DNA of 59,602 nt from a virus (Duplodnaviria; Caudoviricetes), in IMG/VR virus record IMGVR_UViG_3300044695_005052, positions 1-59,602 of that record; one strand, 5' to 3'. Position 1 is the stretch's first letter. Each line of letters starts with the position of its first letter. Made by a program: the position numbers and the translations under genes. The notes below the pieces were generated by a model. The model saw only the letters and a list, made by a program, of their open reading frames with translations. It was not told where the DNA came from and ran no database searches. Positions 25,413 to 35,754 of the stretch are shown piece by piece.

Positions 25413-26572
25413 GATGCTATCTCAATTGGTTTCCTCAATAGTTGCTCATAGATCTTAAGTCTATTTATAGCAACTTTGTTAAGATCAAAATTTTCTTCTG
25501 TTAGCTTATGAAGTCTTCTACCCATCTCCTCTCGATGATCTCTTTCTTTAGCTATCTTAGTCAATATACGCACCCATTCAGTTTTAGGTGCATCATGATC
25601 TATTAGGTATCCAGTCTCTCCATTTATTATCCATTCATCATAGCACCCAACATTAGAAGCTACCAAAGGAATTTGATATCTTCCACATTCTGCTACCTTA
25701 ATCTCAGACTTGGAATCGTTAAACTCATTCATTTCTAATGGTGCTAATGCAACATCCATATTAGTAAAAAATGATCCATATCTATCTGTAGGTAATGCAT
25801 AATGAATTCCAAAATTATTGTCCCTCTTCATATTACCTAGGAACTTAGCTTTGTAATTCTTCCAAACAGATACTTGCCAATCGTCTTTCTTTGTGTCTGG
25901 TGGAGGATGCCCATAAAAATCCCATCTGCAATTCTGTGGGCCTACACGCTGATTAACCATTGCAGGGACACCAGCAAATACATGGAGATCCTGCTCATGG
26001 TGAATCCCTCCTGCCCAACCAAAACGGCAAATGTTCTTCTTCAACAGAACCCTTTGCATATTCCAGCAAGGAAGATTATAATCTATTGAATTCTTTATAA
26101 CTGCTAAGTATTTTGTACAGAATGGTTTTATTCTACTAGCAAACTTTTGTTGAGTTACTGAGACTAAATCTGAGTGATGATATATAAACTTAGTTATTTC
26201 TCCTAACCCTCGCTCTTGATAAACACCATACAATCTATGTCCTTTGTACAAATCAGTTAATAGATCATCTGTATCGTAGTGTACAAACTTGCCAAACTCT
26301 TTAGCCTTACCTACGATTCTAGCTGTATAGTTTCCACCGTAGTTACTAAGGTTACTAACCATTACTATATCAGCCCATTTCATATCCTCAAAAGGCCAAT
26401 TAGGTATCCATTGTCCTGAACTGGGATCAACTCCCAAGGGGTTAAAGTTCATTCTAACTTCTACCTTATCAGGATATAATTCAGCAAGTTTTTTATATGG
26501 AACTATGGCCCTGTAATAAGCACAACCGCCTTCATTAGCAGGGCAAACCAATATTTTTAATTTATCACTCAT
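25409..26572 (-). CDS. GT4-like glycosyltransferase
   Basis: GCAYYR, YDTDD, GWAGG..H..DL, DVALAPL..NEFN..KSEIK..E, ASNVG.Y. Confidence 0.85.
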   Translation of the reverse strand: MSDKLKILVCPANEGGCAYYRAIVPYKKLAELYPDKVEVRMNFNPLGVDPSSGQWIPNWPFEDMKWADIVMVSNLSNYGGNYTARIVGKAKEFGKFVHYDTDDLLTDLYKGHRLYGVYQERGLGEITKFIYHHSDLVSVTQQKFASRIKPFCTKYLAVIKNSIDYNLPCWNMQRVLLKKNICRFGWAGGIHHEQDLHVFAGVPAMVNQRVGPQNCRWDFYGHPPPDTKKDDWQVSVWKNYKAKFLGNMKRDNNFGIHYALPTDRYGSFFTNMDVALAPLEMNEFNDSKSEIKVAECGRYQIPLVASNVGCYDEWIINGETGYLIDHDAPKTEWVRILTKIAKERDHREEMGRRLHKLTEENFDLNKVAINRLKIYEQLLRKPIEIAS

Positions 26573-26615
26573 AAAAAAAATAAGAGCAGGGAGGGTAAAT
26601 CCCTGCTCTTATAAA
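26573..26615 (-). terminator. Intrinsic terminator
   Basis: ATAAGAGCAGGGA/TCCCTGCTCTTAT with a T-tract on the minus strand. Confidence 0.8.
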
Positions 26616-26630
26616 AGTCAGTTATTTAAA

Positions 26631-27254
26631 TCAATCATGCATTATTTCTTGATTTTTTTGCTTAACAATAACATCCTGAGATTCCTTAGGTGCCAAAGTG
26701 ACTGCCTTAGTCAAGTCAATCACAGCCTCACGCAAGTCATCAAAATCAGGCACCTTTCCGTCTTGGTTCGGACCTTCAACTCCGGGGACAATTCTCCTAA
26801 CAGCCGTTACAGTATGCTTGCGGAAGCGGCTGGATAGGAAGGGTAGAATGACGATCAGCAATTGCATCCACGGTGCTGATCCCGGAATCGTTGACCCAAA
26901 AACATTTGCAATTAAACTAATTACATTCGGTGAAAGTACCTCTTGTGTTGCATTAGCATCCAAAGTAACCACCATAGCACCTGCGGCATTTGTTAGATGA
27001 TCCTTTGTAGTAATAACAGGTTGAGTACCTCGCCGTTCAAACTCGCCCTTTAATGCATCCCCAACATCACCACCTAGAGTTTCTATTGGAATCACTACCG
27101 ATTGCTGATTTTTCAAGGATTCAGCAGTGACATTACTAGTTTCTGTAATAACAAGGGGTGCTACAGGTTGTTCAGTATGCCCACTTCCAAAAGTGAAGCC
27201 AGCACAACTAAACAGCCCAAAAGCAAGCAAGCCAACAATAACAAAGTTTTTCAT
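26631..27254 (-). CDS. Putative lipoprotein with an internal hydrophobic segment
   Basis: MKNFVIVGLLAFGLFS-C lipobox-like; WMQLLIVILPFL followed by RFRKH. Confidence 0.65.
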   Translation of the reverse strand: MKNFVIVGLLAFGLFSCAGFTFGSGHTEQPVAPLVITETSNVTAESLKNQQSVVIPIETLGGDVGDALKGEFERRGTQPVITTKDHLTNAAGAMVVTLDANATQEVLSPNVISLIANVFGSTIPGSAPWMQLLIVILPFLSSRFRKHTVTAVRRIVPGVEGPNQDGKVPDFDDLREAVIDLTKAVTLAPKESQDVIVKQKNQEIMHD

Positions 27255-27257
27255 TAA

Positions 27258-28007
27258 TCAACTCCTTAGTTTAGAAATATAATCTCCACCTTCTTCTTCA
27301 GATTCTTCGTTGGGAGCATCTTTTTCAGAGGGGGTCAACTTACCTCCAATGGCAAGTGTTTCAGCAATTCTCTTAACCTCATCATACTCTTCCAACTTGA
27401 CTAGACCATGGATATCGTGGAGTGTATCCATAACCTTTGCGATTTCAGCCTTTGTTCCCAAAGGTGAAGACTTTGGACGGGGCTGGGACTGATCATAGCG
27501 GGGCCATTGACCCTCCATATGCTTAACAATCTTGAAATCATGACCCTTCTCAATGTCAGTGATATCGCCAAAGTCTGAATCAATCATGGCCCCAACAATC
27601 TTCTGGAAGAGAATCATCCCGATGGAAAGAATCTTAACATCGTTAGTCTCTCGATCCAGAATATTCATGTAATATCTTGAACGAGGCTTGATTAGCCGTG
27701 CCAGAGCTTCATCTTCCTTCTTCGCAGTCTTCCAAAGACTGTAATAAAGATCACACAACGGGCAAGATTCGTTATGGATCTTGCGACAATGGACATTCTT
27801 TACTTGCCCATTTTCCATCGGAATTCTATGGATCTTAGTCTCAGCATAGAATTCTTTTTCTTCTGTCTTAGATGGTAGGATACGGATGGTATTGGATCCA
27901 TCCTTTACCTGATAAAACTTCTTGATGAAGTCATCTCCTCCTCCACCCTTGTTCTTGCCCATAAGTTCTTCGTGCTTCTTACGAAGCGCATTAAGATCAA
28001 TACCCAT
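27258..28007 (-). CDS. gp32-like ssDNA-binding protein
   Basis: IRILP, H...C...CPLC, RYYMNI, DITD...GHDF.I.K, acidic tail. Confidence 0.85.
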   Translation of the reverse strand: MGIDLNALRKKHEELMGKNKGGGGDDFIKKFYQVKDGSNTIRILPSKTEEKEFYAETKIHRIPMENGQVKNVHCRKIHNESCPLCDLYYSLWKTAKKEDEALARLIKPRSRYYMNILDRETNDVKILSIGMILFQKIVGAMIDSDFGDITDIEKGHDFKIVKHMEGQWPRYDQSQPRPKSSPLGTKAEIAKVMDTLHDIHGLVKLEEYDEVKRIAETLAIGGKLTPSEKDAPNEESEEEGGDYISKLRS

Positions 28008-28021
28008 ATTCAGTTCTCCTG

Positions 28022-28456
28022 TTATTTGTAAAGTTTAGTTTCTTCACGCTTGTTTGCGGACACCTGTTGCAGCATATCTTTCTTCTGCTCAAGTGCCCTA
28101 ACCAAACCCTTCAATAGCTCGTAACGGAACGATAGCTCATTGATTAAGTTTAGGTGTTCTTTGTTGGTTTCGTCAGCCAGTACAGCATCATCAAGATCTT
28201 TGGCAGTTAATTTAGAGGTATTCTCAATACGAACATTCTTACGGAGCGTTGCCATGTACTGACCATGGTCAGTTTCGGCATCAGATAGCTTTTTCTTAGC
28301 TAGTGCCATTAGCGCATGGTAGTACGAGTATGTGGACGCTTGTTTCGATAGTTCAGAGTCTACACTAACATCGTCAAACTTCAACACATTATCAGAAATA
28401 ATGTGGTAGTTTTCCCAAGTAAAGTTATCTAGTGATTTTTCTAAAGTTTGGCTCAT
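28022..28456 (-). CDS. uvsY: UvsY-like recombination mediator
   Basis: Helical; ends ALEQKKDMLQQ...R.E; sits between SSB and helicase. Confidence 0.75.
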   Translation of the reverse strand: MSQTLEKSLDNFTWENYHIISDNVLKFDDVSVDSELSKQASTYSYYHALMALAKKKLSDAETDHGQYMATLRKNVRIENTSKLTAKDLDDAVLADETNKEHLNLINELSFRYELLKGLVRALEQKKDMLQQVSANKREETKLYK

Positions 28457-28498
28457 TGTAGTGCTTTGTATAGTACGGTCATGAATTTATAAGAGTAG

Positions 28499-28819
28499 TC
28501 AAGTAGATTTATTTTTATTTAAATTAGGATTTTTCAATAAAAAGTTAGCTTCTGTAAGAATATCTAGGTTTCCTAGTTGATCAACACTTAAATAATCTCC
28601 AGCCTCTCCAATTTTTTGTAAAATATTTGGATTAAACTGTCCAGAATCAAGCACCCCAAACTTAAAAGGTATTTTATAATAAAAAACACCATCTATGACA
28701 TTTGTAATTGTATAATTATTATAGTTTTCAAATCCCCAAATACCAGATCTTTGTACTGAAAATCTACTTCTTTTTGTTTGTCTTCTAACGAAAATTTCTC
28801 TAGGGTTAATATCACTCAT
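28499..28819 (-). CDS. Hypothetical protein
   Basis: 106 aa; GEAGDYL motif. Confidence 0.55.
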   Translation of the reverse strand: MSDINPREIFVRRQTKRSRFSVQRSGIWGFENYNNYTITNVIDGVFYYKIPFKFGVLDSGQFNPNILQKIGEAGDYLSVDQLGNLDILTEANFLLKNPNLNKNKST

Positions 28820-30125
28820 TTTCTATACTCCTTACAGGGTCATCACACTCTGACATTCGAAGAATGTTATAGTCTACTTTAGCTGGAACCGTAAATCTAG
28901 GGACCCCGTTTCTAGACTTCATAATATATACTCTCATCATACCATTATCAAATTCTTCTTCAGTCTGATTTAAAGACATGGAGAAATCACAAGGGCGAAT
29001 TTTACCATAAGAATCTCCAAGCTCGACATCCGTGATAATACTACGCATTCTACCTTGGCGGTTAGTTTGTGTCGCAGTCCAAATTAAAATATCTTGTTCC
29101 ATGGCTAAACCACGAAGTTCTTCTGCAATTCGTTGCTGGGCTTGATACTCATGTTGAATATCTCTAGTGGAACGCAATAGTTCAAGATAATCAATAATAA
29201 TAATTTGTGGGACAAAATCATTATGATTCTTAAGTTGAACAAGTAAACTTCTAATTGTATTGACTGATGCCATCAAAGTTGGGTATTCTTTAATAACCAA
29301 TTTACCTTTGAACACAGTCTGAAACTTATCCAATCGTTCCTTTACAGTTAGTTGATGCTTAGGATCTTTCAACTTAGCTTGGGGGACTAGAGTCATGATT
29401 GAATCAAACCTCTGTGCAATCTTATCTTCACTCATTTCAAGAGAAATATAGAGCACATTGTGGCCGTCAATCAGAGCTTGAACACCTTGATTAACTAGAT
29501 AAAGAGACTTGCCTACTCCGGGGGGTGCAACAACCATGGCTAGCTCCTTAGAACCTAATCCGCCTTCCAAAGATTTATCTATTGAAGGGAATACAGTTCT
29601 AAATTTTACCGATGTTTTATCCTTACTAAAAGTTCTAGTCCAGCGATCAGAAAAATCAGTAAAATAATCTTGCCCAATATCTACTGTTTTACCAACTAGA
29701 AGTGCCTTCCTTACTAATTCCTCAACCTGCTCAACCTTGTTCTCCTTGATTAGAAGGATGCTTTCTGCAATAGCAGCTTTCATAGCTTCTTTCTTGGCAA
29801 ACGATTCAATCAAATCAACAACATATTCTGAATTATTGATTGTTGAAGTATCCAAGGAGTTAATATAATTTAACTCATCTTCATAATCTGAGATATGTTC
29901 TCTAGATCCAAGATCTTTCTTAAGATCTTCTAAGATAAATACATCTGATGGTAGTGTATGATATTTATCATAGTAAGACTGGACTACAGTAAAAATCTTA
30001 CTGTGACTAGGAAACTCAAAATACTGAGGTTTTACAAGTCCTACGATTTGTAGATAGAAATCGTTGTTGGACTTGAGGAAATAAAGTATTGCCCGTTGAA
30101 TGTTCTCGTTGAATTGGTATGCCAT
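28812..30125 (-). CDS. Replicative DnaB/gp41-like helicase
   Basis: APPGVGKS, YISLEMSE, IKEYPT, IIDY, TATQTNR, KSRNG. Confidence 0.93.
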   Translation of the reverse strand: MAYQFNENIQRAILYFLKSNNDFYLQIVGLVKPQYFEFPSHSKIFTVVQSYYDKYHTLPSDVFILEDLKKDLGSREHISDYEDELNYINSLDTSTINNSEYVVDLIESFAKKEAMKAAIAESILLIKENKVEQVEELVRKALLVGKTVDIGQDYFTDFSDRWTRTFSKDKTSVKFRTVFPSIDKSLEGGLGSKELAMVVAPPGVGKSLYLVNQGVQALIDGHNVLYISLEMSEDKIAQRFDSIMTLVPQAKLKDPKHQLTVKERLDKFQTVFKGKLVIKEYPTLMASVNTIRSLLVQLKNHNDFVPQIIIIDYLELLRSTRDIQHEYQAQQRIAEELRGLAMEQDILIWTATQTNRQGRMRSIITDVELGDSYGKIRPCDFSMSLNQTEEEFDNGMMRVYIMKSRNGVPRFTVPAKVDYNILRMSECDDPVRSIENE

Positions 30126-30126
30126 T

Positions 30127-30597
30127 TCACTTCTTCTTCTTGGTTACAGAAGTATGTCTATTAGAGATATCCTCGGTTATTTTTCTTGACCTTTCAATTT
30201 TTTCTGAAGTCTCCTTATCAGACAACTTTTTAATTACTCCATCTTTAGCCATTTTTTCCCAATTAAAACTTACTTGTTTATATCTACCTTCTTTTTGGGA
30301 AAGTCTTTCCCCAGACTCTGCTATGGATCTTTTTAAGAATTTATTAGCTGAATCCTTGTCAAATCCCTTTGCAGCAAATTTACGATACCTTTGCTTTACT
30401 GTGTAGAAATCCATAGCACCTTTATTAGCTGCTCCACCACAACCATCATCGCCAAAACTAAAATTTATTTCACAGAAATATCTTTCACATTTAGCTTTGC
30501 ACTGTTTACATTTGATTTTTTTGGGAGCCTTGCCTATACGAGCTTCTGACTCCCAAATAATCATACAATTTTCACAGTTGTATTCGTAGATAGGCAT
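30127..30597 (-). CDS. FmdB-family zinc-ribbon protein
   Basis: MPIYEYNCENC...CKQC. Confidence 0.8.
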   Translation of the reverse strand: MPIYEYNCENCMIIWESEARIGKAPKKIKCKQCKAKCERYFCEINFSFGDDGCGGAANKGAMDFYTVKQRYRKFAAKGFDKDSANKFLKRSIAESGERLSQKEGRYKQVSFNWEKMAKDGVIKKLSDKETSEKIERSRKITEDISNRHTSVTKKKK

Positions 30598-32498
30598 CAG
30601 GCACCACAGCCTCCTCCAACCATAGAACACGCTTGTCCATCAGCTACGCCAGTCTCTACTGAAGTTTTCATGTATTTTTCAATATTTTCAGTAGTGAGTG
30701 GGATTGCTGCTAGTGGTTCTTGCCCCTTAGAACCTGCACGATATACAGTTAACCCCTTCAAGTATTGTGCATATTCCAAAGAAGATTGATTAAAATCTTC
30801 AGGCTTGGCTGATGCTGGTAGGTTAATTGTTTTACTTATGCAGGAATCAATATACTTTTGAATTGTAGCTTGTACTTTAATATGCTCTTCTGGAGTTACA
30901 TCGTAAGCACCTACGAATACATCTAACTTTTTATTTTGGTTATAGTACTCTTGGAACAAGGGGTCCACTACAACTTCTTCCTTCCAAACATTCGCATGTC
31001 TCCAACGACGATGATACATGGCAGCAAAAATAGGTTCGATTCCGCTTGATACACCATGCAACATAGAAATTGTACCACAAGGTGGTATTGTAAGCATTAC
31101 AGCATTACGAATACCATATCTCTTGATTAACATACGGATTCTAGCTGGGAGTGTCTTGGCAAATTCTTCTCTTAAGTATAGACCAGATTCAAATGCAGGG
31201 AATGGAGCCTTGTCTCTGGCTAGATATACCGATTGCATATAAGCCTCGTCACGGATTGTTGAGAATAGTCTTTCTAGGAACTCCAAGCATTTCTCTGATC
31301 CATACCGTATACCGAGCTTGATTAGCATATAGTGTAACCCTGTTACACCCAACCCGATTCTACGAGAACGCTCCCCTACTTGCTTGCATTCTTCTGTTGG
31401 GAATGAATTTACAGTAAGAACATTATCCAAGAATCGAACACCTGTTCTTATTGTCTTTGCTAGTCGCTTCCAATCTACATCCTGTCCGTTTTCAGTAACC
31501 ATATTGCTTAAGTTAATATTACCTAAGCAGCAATTACCATAACTAGGTAAACTAATTTCTCCACATGGATTAGTTGAATCCAACTTTTCGAAGTAAGAAA
31601 CATTAGTATAACTATTAGCTAGATCAATATTGTAAATACCCGGATCCCCGCTTTCAACAGCGTTAGTCCAAATCTTATTCCATAAATCTCTAGCACGGAA
31701 GTCTTGCTTCCCAACAACCTCAAATTGATCCATCCAATGTTGCTTATGGAAATTATTTGCACGAGCAATTGCATCTTGCTCATTTAAAGCAACAACAGTT
31801 ATATTTTCTCTTCTGTTCTGGTCAGTATTAAATCTAATTACATCATAACAATGATATTCCTTGTTATTAAATGTAAAATGCCAAGGTTCATTAAACTCAA
31901 TAGCTTCTAAGAATCTATTAGTAATAGCTACTGAGATATTAAAATTAGTTAATTGCTTTTGATCTAATTTAACATGAAGGAACTCAAGAATATCTGGATG
32001 AGTTACATTCAGAATACCCATTAGAGCAGTTCTACGATTCTTTCCTGCACGAACATGGTTTCCTACTTCGTTGATCATTTGTAGGACGGAAACTGCTCCG
32101 GGGGCAGAATTAGCAACATTTCCTATATCATCACCACGGGGTCTAATTTTACTAACATTAAATCCAACCCCTCCTCCTGCACAGGATATACGATACATAT
32201 CCATTACAGTTTTTCCAATTGAATCAACATTATCCTCTGGTATGATGACAAAACAGTTTAGCAGATTCTGTCTACGGCTTCTACCTGAGCCGTAAATAAT
32301 TCTACCTCCGGGAATGAAGTCTCCAGATGCAATAGCTTCATAGAAGGCTCTCTCGACCCTTTCCTTTTCATCGTCTTTTTCAGCAGAAGCGATTACTTTA
32401 GATATTGCTTTTGCTCTATCAGACCACTTAGTCTCTCCGGGATAAGCATAGCGAGCTTCGAAAATTTCTTGACCTAGTTTATTTAATTGCGTAATCAT
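30597..32498 (-). CDS. nrdJ: Class II (adenosylcobalamin-dependent) ribonucleotide reductase
   Basis: PGGRI, LLNCFV, GGGVG, NFNISV, TNPCGE, CCLG, RRIGLG, IPPCGT, SSGIEP, C-terminal CxxxxxxC; no NrdB in window. Confidence 0.9.
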   Translation of the reverse strand: MITQLNKLGQEIFEARYAYPGETKWSDRAKAISKVIASAEKDDEKERVERAFYEAIASGDFIPGGRIIYGSGRSRRQNLLNCFVIIPEDNVDSIGKTVMDMYRISCAGGGVGFNVSKIRPRGDDIGNVANSAPGAVSVLQMINEVGNHVRAGKNRRTALMGILNVTHPDILEFLHVKLDQKQLTNFNISVAITNRFLEAIEFNEPWHFTFNNKEYHCYDVIRFNTDQNRRENITVVALNEQDAIARANNFHKQHWMDQFEVVGKQDFRARDLWNKIWTNAVESGDPGIYNIDLANSYTNVSYFEKLDSTNPCGEISLPSYGNCCLGNINLSNMVTENGQDVDWKRLAKTIRTGVRFLDNVLTVNSFPTEECKQVGERSRRIGLGVTGLHYMLIKLGIRYGSEKCLEFLERLFSTIRDEAYMQSVYLARDKAPFPAFESGLYLREEFAKTLPARIRMLIKRYGIRNAVMLTIPPCGTISMLHGVSSGIEPIFAAMYHRRWRHANVWKEEVVVDPLFQEYYNQNKKLDVFVGAYDVTPEEHIKVQATIQKYIDSCISKTINLPASAKPEDFNQSSLEYAQYLKGLTVYRAGSKGQEPLAAIPLTTENIEKYMKTSVETGVADGQACSMVGGGCGA

Positions 32499-34123
32499 TA
32501 AGATCTCCTTGATAGATACGATACACCGTTTTGTTTTGTTACTGTTAAGACTTTACAATTATCTATTAACGATTTTAGATAATTGTTATGTGTTATTATA
32601 AATAAAGTCTTATCTTTCTTTAGTTCGGATAGTAGTATGTAGAGTCCATCTAAACCATCCTGATCTAAATTTTCACCAACTTCATCCAAAAACATTAAGT
32701 TAGTGCTATCTCTTTTAGTATTAGTGAGTAAACTTTGTAATCCTAACATTACTGCTAGGCTTATTTTACGCTTTTCACCACCAGATAAAGATATAAAAGA
32801 CAACTCTTTTCGATTTGTATAGATTTTCTCGTTTAATTCTTCGTCAAATTTAATAAAGAATTTTCCATTTGATAAATAAGAAAGATAATAGTTAATTCTA
32901 CCATTAAAAAAGTTAAGGATATTTCTAATAATGTATTTTATTAATCCTGTTTCCGAGAAAGCTTTTTCCCAAAACTTCATTATCTCTAAATTTCTTAATA
33001 ATTTAGCTTTATCATTATTTAAAAAATCAATCTTTTCCTCTATTTCAGATTTAGATATTTGTAAATATTCTTTTCTAGAGTGTAATTCATTTAGTTCTGC
33101 TATTAGTTTATACTTACTGGAAGGTATGGGTATTTTTTCTTTTAATTCTCCTATGTAAGTTTCAATTTTTTCTTTTTTCTCTGTCTGCCTATCTAAACTC
33201 TCTTTTGCATCCTCTATACTTTTTTCTAACTGTAAAATATCTTTTTCTGTTACATTAGGCTTAGATGAAACTCCACAAGCTTTACATGTTTTAGGTTTAT
33301 TTTCTTTATAGAATTTTAATTTCTTCAAATAATCATCTAATTCTCGTTCTTCAGTAAAAACTTTATTATTAATATTTTGTAAGATAGCAGTTTGAAGTTT
33401 AATATCCTCTTCTATTTTTAGGATCTCATCTAGGCTAAGTTTAATTAATTTTTCTTCAGTTATATTATTTTCCTGAAAAAATTCTTGCTTACCTACTTCT
33501 ACAGATTCAATTTGCTTGTTTAATTTTTCTAACGATATTTTAGAATCTTGAATTAAAGCCTCAAGTGTTTTTATTTCTGTATTATACTTCGATTTAAGAT
33601 CCTTTACAGAATCTCTTTTATCGAATATTTCATTTAAATTTAAAAAGTTTTTTATTATTGATCGTTTATCTTCTGGAGTGGCATCAATAAAATCTACATT
33701 ATTGTGTTGCCCAAAAACAGTAGATGCTAAAAATGTTTTATAATTTATGTTTAAAACTGATTCAATAAGCTCTTGTGTTTTTAAACTACTTTCTTGAGTC
33801 TTATCAACCTCTCCCAAAAAAAACTTAAGAAAGGTGGGTTTTTTACTCCTGCGTATGATCATGTTATTGTTCAGCGTTATCTCAACGGAGCAATTCTTGT
33901 TATCATACACATTGATTAGAGCTTCTTCTGTAGATTTACGGATGGTTCTCCCAAAGATACCCCAGACAACAGCCTCGATTATGGAACTCTTACCAGAACC
34001 ATTTGAGCCACCAATGTCTTTATTTTTTCCTTCGATTAAAACTATCCCACTATGGTTATCAAAATTAATTTTGATATCTCTAATCGAGTAAAAATTTTTT
34101 ATTTCTATTCTATTGATTTTCAT
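32498..34123 (-). CDS. gp46/SbcC-like recombination ATPase
   Basis: NGSGKS, FGQ, CKAC zinc hook, LSGGE, FLDE, IITH. Confidence 0.92.
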   Translation of the reverse strand: MKINRIEIKNFYSIRDIKINFDNHSGIVLIEGKNKDIGGSNGSGKSSIIEAVVWGIFGRTIRKSTEEALINVYDNKNCSVEITLNNNMIIRRSKKPTFLKFFLGEVDKTQESSLKTQELIESVLNINYKTFLASTVFGQHNNVDFIDATPEDKRSIIKNFLNLNEIFDKRDSVKDLKSKYNTEIKTLEALIQDSKISLEKLNKQIESVEVGKQEFFQENNITEEKLIKLSLDEILKIEEDIKLQTAILQNINNKVFTEERELDDYLKKLKFYKENKPKTCKACGVSSKPNVTEKDILQLEKSIEDAKESLDRQTEKKEKIETYIGELKEKIPIPSSKYKLIAELNELHSRKEYLQISKSEIEEKIDFLNNDKAKLLRNLEIMKFWEKAFSETGLIKYIIRNILNFFNGRINYYLSYLSNGKFFIKFDEELNEKIYTNRKELSFISLSGGEKRKISLAVMLGLQSLLTNTKRDSTNLMFLDEVGENLDQDGLDGLYILLSELKKDKTLFIITHNNYLKSLIDNCKVLTVTKQNGVSYLSRRS

Positions 34124-35102
34124 TTATTATTTTTAAGCCATCAAGTAATTCTTGCTTACTTAATGTAGTATTAGTATTATTAATGTAATCCTCTATCAAA
34201 GCTTCATCAACTTTAGTTATTATTTGTTCTGGATTGTAACTACTTTGAGGTTTATTTTCATCAACCACTGGTTTATACTTTACATCCACATACATAGGTT
34301 TAATATGATCTAAAACCTCTCTTAAATTATCTTGATCTTTATCTAAAGTATTGACCATTATTCTAAGCAAAGTAAAGTAATTATCATTTTCTATGAATTC
34401 CTTGTTTTCAACAACAGAATTTAAATCCATAATTAAATGACGAATACCAAAATTAATTGGTTTTATTTTATACTTTCCTTTTGAATCTACTACAGCATAA
34501 AAACTATCTTTATTAGCTTCTTGAAAAGATGTAGTATATGGAGTCCCTACTATAGCTACATTCCCTGCTTCTTTGAAGTGGTGAATATGTCCCAGAAAAG
34601 TTGGATTGGTAAACATATCCAATGAAATAGTAAAATCAGGGTCCCCCATAGGGTTAAGACAACCATTATACCCAAAATGACCCAAAACGATATCAGAATC
34701 AGGAACCCTTCCAAGATCGTCGATAATAGTTCTTTCATTTTCGTAATGAGGGATGAAGGTATAGCCATTGATAGACCTAGTATGCTTTATTACAGTAACA
34801 TTTCTTTTATACTCAAACAATGAAAGTGCTGTCAACCCATCATCAGCTTTTGTTTGTGAACAATGATTACCTCTTAAAAGATAAACTTTTTTATCTCTAG
34901 GAATATAATCTAATATTGATTGTAAGGCCAATAATACTCTAGGACTTGGTGATCTTTTTTCAAAAAGATCTCCTAAAAAAATAATATCATGTGAATTTTC
35001 ACAATCTATTATCTTTTTTATTGATTCAACTTGAAAATCTAAATATCCATTATATTTATCATCAAGATGTATGTCACCGATTATCTGTGTTTTTTTCATC
35101 AC
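34110..35102 (-). CDS. gp47/SbcD-like metallophosphoesterase nuclease
   Basis: GDIH, FLGDLF, GNH, GHF, GHIH. Confidence 0.92.
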   Translation of the reverse strand: MMKKTQIIGDIHLDDKYNGYLDFQVESIKKIIDCENSHDIIFLGDLFEKRSPSPRVLLALQSILDYIPRDKKVYLLRGNHCSQTKADDGLTALSLFEYKRNVTVIKHTRSINGYTFIPHYENERTIIDDLGRVPDSDIVLGHFGYNGCLNPMGDPDFTISLDMFTNPTFLGHIHHFKEAGNVAIVGTPYTTSFQEANKDSFYAVVDSKGKYKIKPINFGIRHLIMDLNSVVENKEFIENDNYFTLLRIMVNTLDKDQDNLREVLDHIKPMYVDVKYKPVVDENKPQSSYNPEQIITKVDEALIEDYINNTNTTLSKQELLDGLKIINENQ

Positions 35103-35754
35103 ATAAAGCTTTCCAACTTACTGGATAAAACTTCTCTAATATGCTTCCTATGGCTTTGGCATATTCTTGGGTTTCTTTTTGAGCATGAGAATCAGTTCTT
35201 TGTTTATATAAATGATTCCATCCTAACAAACTTCCGGTAACAACAGTAGTAGTATACATTGATTGAGGCAGTATCATTCTAGCTTGTTCAGCACAAACAC
35301 CCTCTTTTATCATAAGAGAATAAAATTGTAAAGCTGTTTTATTTACAAAATCTGAATCTTGTTTGTATAAGTCGCTAATATTTGATATTTCCTCAGAACT
35401 ACCTTGTTTAACATTAGGAGCTTTTAATCTCCACTCGTTGGGAGAATAAAATTCAGGCTCTGTACTTATATATCGTCTAGAAACTTCCGACCAACTAAAA
35501 CCTACTTGATGCTTACCTAATTGCCTAAGGACAAAAATAGGGCAGTGTATCCTGAAAGTTGCGTGGGGATGTCTAAATGGTAAAAGATGCCCGTGTTGTG
35601 CAAGATAATGTATAAGTTTAGTATCTTTTGCTTCATCAAAAATATCATGTTCTTTATCAAATGAACATCTCGCCGCATTAACAACGAGTAAATCCCCATT
35701 TTCATATTGTGAAATACTTTGAACATAGCCTTTATCTAAACAATCTATTATCAT
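35074..35754 (-). CDS. thyX: Flavin-dependent thymidylate synthase
   Basis: VNAARCS, RQLGKHQ..WSEVSRRY, EQARMILPQ, HAQKE. Confidence 0.93.
   Translation of the reverse strand: MIIDCLDKGYVQSISQYENGDLLVVNAARCSFDKEHDIFDEAKDTKLIHYLAQHGHLLPFRHPHATFRIHCPIFVLRQLGKHQVGFSWSEVSRRYISTEPEFYSPNEWRLKAPNVKQGSSEEISNISDLYKQDSDFVNKTALQFYSLMIKEGVCAEQARMILPQSMYTTTVVTGSLLGWNHLYKQRTDSHAQKETQEYAKAIGSILEKFYPVSWKALCDEKNTDNR

Noticed and set aside
31700-31870. Intein in NrdJ
   Set aside because: Too short, and lacks C/S...HN splice termini
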